This document shows, piece after piece, positions 54,786 through 64,000 of a stretch of DNA of 64,000 nucleotides (position 1 is the first letter of the stretch; each line of letters opens with the position of its first letter). Below the pieces are notes generated by a model. It made no database searches. It saw only the letters and a list, made by a program, of their open reading frames with translations, and was not told where the DNA came from. Both the position numbers and the translations under genes were made by a program. The DNA comes from Paramecium tetraurelia. Taxonomy: Eukaryota. The stretch is taken from contig CT868030.1 of NCBI GenBank assembly GCA_000165425.1, forward strand, positions 124,001 through 188,000. The letters are read 5' to 3'.

Positions 54786-56257
54786 ATGCAAACAAATCGA
54801 TCACCTGTCGAATATTTGAATTCAATCGAATAGTAAATCCAATTTCTGGAAGAATATTATCTAAAATTTGCAGATGAGACTGACACTTAAATCATATAGA
54901 AATTTATTAAAGTCTACAAATACATCGACGAAGCATATAAAGTAATTGATATTCCTAAAATAAAAGAGTAGCTTCATTACAGAAGAAGCATTATTTTAGA
55001 CCTACGGCTTTTTCTACCAGACCATCAAGAAATTCACAAGGAAATTGGAGAACAAAATATATTATGATAAAACAGATTACGAAGCTACTCTTGAAAAATT
55101 TGAAAGATTATAAATCAAATTAATTCCTCTCTATAAGGAACTGATTCTGGATGCTCAAAAGCTTCAGAGGATGGATTTAGACACCCTTTTGGATTCCAAT
55201 ATGGCTCATCACATTTACACTAAAAAAGAATTGGGGTAATTTTCCCTTTAATTGTTTGATTTCTTAAATTTGGATACTATCAAAGTACCTAAAAATGTTT
55301 TGAACGATTTGATAACAGAAATCATAATGAATTATAATGTAGTACCATATCATAATTTCACCCATGCATTCTAATTATCGCAATTATTATTTTCCTGTTA
55401 CATGAAATCAGACTTGAAGAAGTTTTGTAATCAATTAGAAATATTTTCTGCTATTTTAGCCGGATTAGGACATGATCTTAATCATAGTAAAGTTATTCAT
55501 TTAATTATTTTTAGAGGGCGTCAATAACATGTACAAGATAAAGAAATCTAAAAAATTCAATGTGTTAACTTCAGAGATCGCAGTTTTAGAAAATATGCAT
55601 TGTGCAACCTTTTTTAATATCATTTAATTAAATAGATAACATGACTTTTTCTAATATATGACTAATGATGAAGAAAGAAACCTAGCCAAAAGATTAATTA
55701 TAACCTCCATTCTAGCAACTGATATGGTTATTATCAATATAATTATATCTTTAGAGTAAACATAATAAATTGCTTGCAAAGTTTTAGAAGAGAGTCGAAT
55801 CCACAAAATAATTTGAATAAGGAGAAAAGAATGAATTAATAGATATGTAACGATTTTCAAATGAAAGACTCGAGGATCGAATATTCATTTTAAATATTAT
55901 GGTTCATGCATGTGATATATCCAATCCAACAATGAAATTCAATAATTACATGAATTGGTCTTACCTTTTAACCTAAGAATTTAATGATCAAGTACAACAT
56001 TTTAATAATCCTCTTTAGACTATCAAAGAAGCCAAAGTTGGAGTAGATGTCACAGGATTCTTAGTTTACAAAGACAAACCCGCTTATTATGGAGGCTAAA
56101 TCTTTTTTTCAAGTAATAATTGAATTGTTACATTTTAGAAACTTTTGTTTTCCCTTTGTGGTTCCAAATTGGAGAGATGTACCCAGAACTCAAATATTTA
56201 TCAGAAGAAATCAATAAAAATTTAGAAATTTTATAATAAAAACTCAAATAATAATGA
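54786..56257 (+). CDS. Class I 3',5'-cyclic nucleotide phosphodiesterase
   Basis: VPYHNFTHAF, GHDLNHKGVNN, LENMH, ILATDM, VHACDISNP, QEFNDQ; tiny introns. Confidence 0.93.
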
Positions 56258-56351
56258 TTTTTAATATTAATAAAGTTCTGGCTAAATTCTGTACTATCAA
56301 TCCCATCTAACAATTGAATGCTAAATTCTAAAATTCCCAATATTAACAACT

Positions 56352-57230
56352 ATGCGAATAAATGAAATAGAATAATAAATCAACAGGTATCAAGTATATG
56401 GCCAAAGCAATCTTCTCATTGAAAAGAGAATTAGATTCTTAATCGAATAATATACAATTAATACAATAAGTGACTCAAGAAGTTAAAGTAATTCTCTGCA
56501 TTACAAAAGTTAGGGTTTTATGATAAGCAAAAAATATGATATTCGTTCATATAGGCAATTGACTCAAATCTACAAATATGTATAAGATTCGGAGTTTGCC
56601 TTAACAATATTCCCAAGAAGTAAACCATTAAGAGAAAAATAAAAAAAAGTGCTTGCTCTGCATGAATTAGATAGATTTGATGAATATTTCACTTATAATA
56701 AATTAGATGCTCCTGCTTTAAGTTTTATTATTTTTAAACTCAATTAGAACACGAAGAAGAAGCCAGGAGGGAAGATATAATTAATTCAAGACTCGATACA
56801 TTGAATCCATTGGGCTTAGATTTGTTTGCATAATCTCCTGTTTAAGTTGTTCTTACAATCTAAACACCGTAATTAGATTAAGTGATGCTTCTGACGCTTT
56901 TGATTAGTTCTGGAGGCATAGAATTTAAGGATCTTTCAGTTTTTGACAATGTGAACTTGAGACAAGAATGGCATTCAAAATTATTAGACATTGTGGAGGA
57001 ATATACAGATTCTTATAGAGCAGATGTGTTAGATTTATCAGATGTATTTAGTTATTGCATATTAGCCATTCCAAAGTAATATTGTTAAGTATTTAAATGC
57101 TTTTGGATTTGAGGCACAGGACGCTTATTATTTAGAGTTACTAGCCATTCTTTCAGAGTAAAATAACTATATGAACTGGTTGAATGATTTACACAACATA
57201 GTATTAGCCAATTAAATACATTCTGCATGA
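56352..57230 (+). CDS. Hypothetical protein
   Basis: Open frame from MRINEIEQQ after removing introns ~56722-56747 and ~57043-57064; ends QIHSA*. Confidence 0.62.
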
Positions 57231-57348
57231 AGATGAATATTTAGAATAAAATAAAATTGAATGGTTAAATTATATAAAACCAAATTTAATGTTTTTTTAA
57301 TATTAAGGCAATACATAAGTGGAGAGTTAATATAAATTTTAATGAGCT

Positions 57349-57992
57349 TCAAATTTATAGCAGAGCTTTCTTTATGATGACTTTATGCTTCAAATGACTA
57401 GTTTTTTGTTGAATTTTGGAATTGTAGATATAGGGAACCGACTCTTTTTTGAGGAAAATAAGTCTAAATATAATTAAACAAAATAATACCCCAAAGTCCT
57501 AAAAGCCTTTAAGAATTCATCGTTTTTAGTCATTTAGAGGATGTGAGTGAGGTTACAGAGCTTATTCTTGATAGTGTGCATCAATTCAAGAAATTCTTGT
57601 CCTTTGGCTTCTCCCAATAATTTATATATTATGAATTGCTGTTTGATTGCGTAGGCTATAAGAGCCTTTGTAAAATTCTTATGGAGATTAGTTGAGTCCA
57701 AGACTTAGGGAGTTTTAGTATTTTTTTTCTATTTCTTATTTATTATTTCTCTTTCTCTTTTAGACTCGTTTTTTGTGTCCTAACTATTGGTATTCTTTTC
57801 AATTATCAGTTCCTCTGTATCATGATTAGATTGTTGAATATGGTTTGGATGGTTATCATTGTTTGTAATCAAGGATGGTTCGATTATAGGTTCTTATTGA
57901 TTTGAGGCTTAGGCTGAGAAATAATACACTGGATATACTACTTAAGGCTAGTAGAATGGAAAGTAGTAATATGGATTTTAAGAATACAACAT
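57349..57992 (-). CDS. Hypothetical protein of a ciliate-type family (STNLHKNF...YIYNSKI...HLKHK)
   Basis: Y/P-rich N-terminus MLYSQNPYYYFPF, basic C-terminal domain, one tiny intron; an in-frame ATG at 58013 is an alternative start. Confidence 0.7.
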
Positions 57993-58357
57993 TTTTCTGG
58001 TTAATAATAACATATGGGATTGGGATATAATATTTGAATGGCACCTTTGTGATGGATTTTGCGTTAATTTTTATAATACAAAAAAAATATAATTAAATTA
58101 AAAGTATTACTAAATGATAATTTCTGAATAAAAAGACAAAAGTAACATAGAAACACAATATAAATTATTAAATCAAATGATAAACTCAAAATTTAAGGGT
58201 TGTATATCAAATTATTTTCATATTGTTCGCTGATTAGAAAATCAGTTTATATTATTTGTTAGTACGTATTAAAATATAAAATTACAAACCTCAAAAAACG
58301 AATTTTATATGATGTAAAAAGATTTATGATAATTGATATATATATTCATTAAATGTT

Positions 58358-59773
58358 TCATTCAGCACCTTCATTAGCATTCTCTCCTTCCTTAGCTCCC
58401 TCTCCTTCTTTAGCTGCCTCTCCTTCTTTAGCTGCCTCTGCTTAACGAGCCTCTTCAGCTAATTTTTCCTCTTCTGCTAATCTCGCTTCTTCTGCCAATC
58501 TGGCTTCCTCTCTTGCTTATTCTTCTTCAATTCTTTTTCTTTCTTCTTCATCTCTTCTTTCTTACAGCACCTTCGCAGCTTCATCATAATCTTCTTTAGT
58601 AATGTCTACTTTATTTATTCTCACTAAATGGAAATAAAACATTAAAATTTCTTATTTGAAATTATCTGCACCCATCTCATCTACAATAGGATTGGCTAAC
58701 ATGTTGAGAGTTGTTATGGTTCTGATTTTTGCAATCTTTTTAAAATCATCAAATTTAGCTAATTAATTCTCTCTAAGATTAAGATAATATAATTGTGGGA
58801 ATTCTATAACAGGAGTTTTAATTTTTGTAATCTTATTTGCTCTTATATTTAATTTTAATAAAGATGGTAGATTATTTAGAGATCTAAAATCCTTTAATTC
58901 ATTGCCTTATAAATAAAGTTCCTAAAAAGGATAATGAATAAGTAATATACTTTTAATTAAGGCATGTTTGCCAATCCATCTGTAGTTTTTAGTTTGTTTT
59001 TTCCTAACTCTAGGATTTCAACATTTTCATGTCCTTCAAATTCATTTGCAGTAGTAATTTCATTCTCAATCAAATTCAATCTCCTCAATCTCTTTAATTA
59101 GACAGTGACAAGTGTATTGATTTTGTTTGTAGAGAGATTTAAATACTGTAAGTATGGAAATGCTTCAGGATCCTAAAAATATGAAAGTGAATTAATCTCA
59201 TTCTTAGAAGCATTTAATGAAACCAAATACCTAAGGGATTAAGGAATAGAATTACTTCAAAGGCAGTAGATGAGTAATATCCACAATTCTATTTTGTGAG
59301 ATATCAATGTATCTTAGATTCAAATGATTAATCTGAAACAGCCTATCGATGTCCTTTTCTGCAAGATTTAATTTCACATAAGCATAAGCTATTTGAGTTT
59401 TGTTCAATCCTGAAATTCCTTATAAAACTAATTCATTAAATTTTGCAGTGTCTTCTTTCAATTTGGCCTCATATTCTTCTCTAGCAATTCTTTCTTATTC
59501 TGCCCTTTCTTCCCTTTCTTTTCTTTCCTGCTCCTCTCTTTCCTCCCTCTCCTTTCTTTCCTATTCTTCTCTCTCTAATCGTAACCGTCTGGTTTCTTCA
59601 TCTTCCTCTGGAGGTTCAGGAGGCTTTTCTGCCTCCTCTTCTGGTGGCTACTCAGGTTATTCTGTTTATTCAGGATCTCCGACCTACTCCTCATTCTATT
59701 CTGGCAAAGGGTCTTGATCATTTTATTATTCTTGATTTTCATCATTTGGTTATTCAATTTATTCTTCGCTCAT
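58358..59773 (-). CDS. LRRC23: Leucine-rich repeat protein 23-like (axonemal radial-spoke LRR protein)
   Basis: Acidic N-terminus, AYAYVKLNLAEKDI, LRYIDISQNRI, successive LRRs, E/A/R-rich tail. Confidence 0.75.
58381..58440 (-). repeat. Short coding tandem repeat (EAAKEG-like units)
   Basis: ctctccttctttagctgc occurs twice in tandem with degenerate neighbours, encoding EAAKEGEAAKEGEGAKEG at the LRRC23 C-terminus. Confidence 0.6.
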
Positions 59774-59852
59774 ATAAATAAATAATTATTATTCTCTAAA
59801 CAAAGCTAAAGTAAATTTATAAGGTATCTTGATTATACATATATTAATTAAA

Positions 59853-61325
59853 TCATCTAATTTCACACATGGAAAACAGTGAGGACATATTGTTTGAAAC
59901 CTAAGTAGGAAAGATCTTCCAGAATTTGAGTGTCTCATCTCCTGAACCTGTCAGTATCGTTGATTCATCTATAAATAGCAAACAAAATCAAATACCTGGA
60001 CTTGCAGACAAATAAAGTACTCTTTCAGAATGTCCTTCCAATTAATGAATTCTTTTCATTGTAGGATATTGCCATAAGCATACTAAGTTCTTCTCATAAC
60101 CATGTGTTGAAACCAATTCATTAACAATTTTAGAAAATCTCAATTTGCAAACTTACGAATCACAGTTAATGCTTGCAACTTATTAATTAGTGAGTGAACT
60201 GTGAATTTTAATAGTCTTATCTTGATTTCCACCTCCAGTAGCCAATATACCACATGAATTCGGATTCCACGCCAAAGCCCTTATTGCTGCTTTGTGAGAT
60301 TTAATTTCCCAAGATATATATTAATTATTGCTGTTATTGTTGCCTCCTCTCATTTACCAAACGAACACTTTATTATCATTTCCCCCTGAAGCCAACTAGA
60401 GTTCACTTCCATCAAATGTGACACCACAAACTTCTTATGTATGTCCTAGCAATTAAAATATTGAATAGTTTGGGACTCTGACATCACATATGTTGATTGT
60501 TTTATCCTTACTTCCATAAGCAAATATATTGGGATTAGCCCAACTAATTGTGCTGATTCTTTTATTAGACAGATTCATAGAACCAGTGAATGAATTTTTA
60601 TTGTAATCCCATAATTTTAAAAAACCATCACAACAGCCTATTGCCAACATTTATCCATTTGTATTCCATTACAAAGATGTATAATATGCGGATAGTTCAT
60701 TATTATTGATAGGTTCTGCTAATTAAAATACTTTTGAATTGTCGACATTATACAAATAGACAGATCTCTGTAAACCAACTGCAATAAGATTATTTTTCCC
60801 CCAATGGAGTGTGTCCTGATAGAAATCATCCTCTAATCCAGGTGCATCTAACACTTTTATGGGGAGAGTATCTATTTTTCTTTTAGGTGTTTCAAGTTGT
60901 TTGGCAGATTGAACTTTGTCGTGTTTTTATTTATTGAAATTCAAAATACTCACATGTTTATTTTCATCAATTTCCAAGACATTTTCACTCAGAAGTTCTT
61001 CATATTAATTCTCCTCCTCAATTTCAAATGGCTATATTTGTTTATTAAATAGATTTCTTGAAACATTTAATGGGATGTATCTATCACTGTAAGGGGATGC
61101 TTGAAAACCATGATCAGGAGTGCTCTGTTTGTGATTGCTTTTTAATAAGGATTTAGGGGTTTTCCAAGGATTCATATTTTTTGGAGAATAAAAATCGTTG
61201 TTCTAAGGGGATTGTATTGTAGTAGACTAATTAGTTTTATTTTACTTCTTGTCTTTGGTTGGAGTCGCTAATTAATACTTTTTTGGTGTGACATTCTATT
61301 ATTGCGGTATCTATTCTTACTACAT
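59853..61325 (-). CDS. CDC20: APC/C activator CDC20/Fizzy family WD40 protein
   Basis: C-box SDRYIP, KVLDAPGLEDDFY, EVCGVTF, ASGGNDN, AAIRALAWNP, GSGDETLKFW, C-terminal IR tail (EIR*); CDC20 versus CDH1 not resolved. Confidence 0.9.
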
Positions 61326-61401
61326 TTGAATTTAAATAATATAATATATTAACAATAATAAATTGCCACACTAAAATTGAGCTTAAAAACAATAATATTA
61401 A

Positions 61402-64000
61402 TCATAATGAATCAATTCTCATTTTAATCTGCTCTATAACTTTTGCGTCATACAATTCATCATCCACCAGGTTTCTATAATCGTTCTATTAATATTAATG
61501 ATATGAGTACTTCAAAAGCCAATCTAAACTGATTTATTAATGAACTGGTTGACTACTAATCATACTTAAGCTTTTTGAGAGCATCAAACAAAATTAGAAT
61601 CTATTGTATTAATTACAATTTATAGGTCTGAATTTATTCAATTTACAAAGTTTTATAAAGGGGATTATCTACAATTTAGATGTGATCCAAATAATGTTTG
61701 ACATAGATCTTTGCCAAATCAATCTCTCTGATATCATGACTCAACAAAATCTCAAAGAATAACCAAGTTGACAGTTGAGTAATCTTTTACTCCTGACACT
61801 CCTTCGTATTAATTAACTCTATTGTCTAAGTCATTTTCTGTAATTAAATGTATTTATTGCTATTGATTAGATTCTCAAAAAGCAATTTCATCTAAAATAT
61901 CTCAATGAAATATTCATACTTATCTTTTGAGCACGTCTGTGGGCCATCCATCTGATTCTTCATAAGAATGTTTCAGAAAATTTACCCATAGTTATTCAAC
62001 ATTCTCTTGTGTGCATAATTAATCCCCTTTAGAGTGTTCCAAGTAATCTAGACATAGTAATTAACCAAAGTAGATGTTGTTGTCTTCAAAGAATTGCAGA
62101 ATAATTTTGCAGTCCAAAATTTCTATAAGGATTTTCCTCTTTTCTGTATGATAACCTAATAATGTAAGATATTTTTACATTGATTTTCATCTTCATTAGA
62201 TATTACGAAATCATACATAATGTCTTACAGAAATAATTATTTGCTAAGATCTTATGCTTACTTTTCGATTTCATTTAAATCAATTCCTTGAGTATTCTTA
62301 TGAAAAGTTCTGATGAACTCTTATGCCTTGTTTACATACCTTAATCTCTTTTTAATGGGCAACTTAGCTTGTATGTCCTCTAAATTCATTTCTGGACATT
62401 AACTTAACGAAAATTGCGCTAGTTTCAACAGGATCTGAATCAATTATGGATGCACTTCATGATTGCCTTTCACAGCTTTGGCTAAGAATTGTTTCTTCTA
62501 AAGTTATAATTTCTCTAAGTCATTATTGCATTATAAATCCATTTCTGGATTGTAATCGATGTATTAAATGAATTCTTTCAATTAATATTTAATAATATTG
62601 TTAGCAATTGCTTCAGTTGCTTTGATGAGTTTAAATTGGTTTAAGAGTTGAAGAGATTCGATTAGAATTTCTTTCGTTTAAGCCTTACTCAAACCCTTGG
62701 GAGGATTCAAATAGTATTAAATTAGATTGGTGAATTGCTAGATTAAATCCATAATGCAATTGCAATATTCATTGTTTGATTGATCCTTCTCTTATTATTG
62801 ACATTTCTAAGCTAAAAATTAGACATAGAATTTGAAAGTGGCAAAAGGATACATATAATTTTAAAAGCATTGTGTCAAATAGGAATGATCAATGAGGAGG
62901 GTAACTTCTTCTATCAATTTCAATGCCTCCAGTAATTAGTCTTGCAATTCTGGCTACAAATCCTTATAATAGAGGAAGATCTCCTTCTTCTCAAGTACTT
63001 TGTCAATAGTAATTTAAGGAGTCTTGGACAATTTTAGGATCCTCTTAATTTTTTCATGTATCTATTCATTTGGATTAAGTTTGATCAAATCTAATTAGTC
63101 AATGAGAACTCTTACTTTTTTAGGCAGCAAATGTCAATATTTCATCAAATAGGTTCGACACAAGACTGATCTTAAAATCTGAATCCGTAAAGTAATCAGG
63201 AAAATGATAATTCATATATTAAGCAGTCTCTCTGAATTTTGTTTTATCACTTTTAATAATATGGATCATTAATTATTTTAATGTCAAATTTCCAAGAGTG
63301 TCACCGCTAAGAACACTTTTAATTGATAATTCAAATAATTAAGTTTTGTTTTGATAGCTGTTAATAATATTCCTGATGCCTTACAACTCTCCAAAGAAAT
63401 AAATCAAAAATTGCAGCAGTTATTTAATTTATTTGCTATAAGAGTAGAGCACTTTCATTTAGTTCTAAAATAGATACAATATATACATATTCTACATCCA
63501 CATTTACACTAATAGCCAATGATTAATCTGAATAATTGGTGCTTCTTGAAATGTCTAATCTAGTACTTTATTCGAAAGTTTCATAGATGTACTTACTGAA
63601 TCCATTCTTATAATTCTGAAATTGTTTTTATTCTTCAATCTAGAGATCGTGTCTTTGATTCTTGACTTGTTGATAGTAATTAGGTTCATTTTCAAATAAT
63701 TTAATTAATTTTTCAATCTATTTGAATACAGTTTATAATTGTAAGAGTGAGTAACTCTCAATAGGTTTATTGCATTCCAAGTTATACACTTTTTCATTGA
63801 TGAATTTCTTGGTTGTAAGAGGAGCAATGATTTTCCAAATTAAAGATGTTGTGCTTGATACTTTCTTAGATTTTTGATTTCTTTCTTCACTAAGTAATGA
63901 ACGCTTAATCAAAGCAAAATACGCTTTGAGTGCTTTCTCTTTGATTATGGACCCTTTACGAACATAAACTAGACCAGTAACCCAGTTCGGAATCTTTTCA
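61402..64000 (-). CDS. Large helical protein, probable nucleoporin Nup155/Nup170 (5' part outside window)
   Basis: Long open minus frame with tiny introns; HFPDYFTDSDFK resembles the Nup155 CPSYF.ESDYK segment and ILLKLA...LPIKKRLRYVNKA resembles L.KLA...LQQRLEYIARA; similarity judged by eye. Confidence 0.5.

Overview
Eukaryotic, very AT-rich, gene-dense DNA from a ciliate macronuclear chromosome, almost certainly Paramecium (inferred, not looked up). TAA/TAG read as Gln and TGA is the only stop (e.g. CCT5 motif [16 protein letters not shown] uses TAA for both Q). Genes carry many 20-30 nt GT..AG introns and intergenic gaps as short as 7 bp. The supplied standard-code ORF track therefore shows only fragments; genes were re-read by hand in the ciliate code, so start codons and some intron boundaries are approximate. 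About 37 protein genes and one tRNA-Met are supported, including a USP deubiquitinase, RPS29, two dual-specificity phosphatases (one apparently catalytically dead), DNase II, a giant Cys-rich/GGAI-repeat multi-pass membrane protein, CCT5, a Cache-domain membrane protein, an ankyrin-AGC kinase, XAP5/FAM50, PARG, NDUFA9, a hybrid histidine kinase, a cAMP-receptor-like GPCR, a PDE, LRRC23, CDC20 and a probable Nup155. I found no mobile element, CRISPR array or clear-cut new system. The most notable oddities are a self-compensating triple +1 frameshift in NDUFA9, two head-to-head gene pairs with ATGs only 7 bp apart, a degenerate QDPR-like SDR, and several decayed gene remnants.
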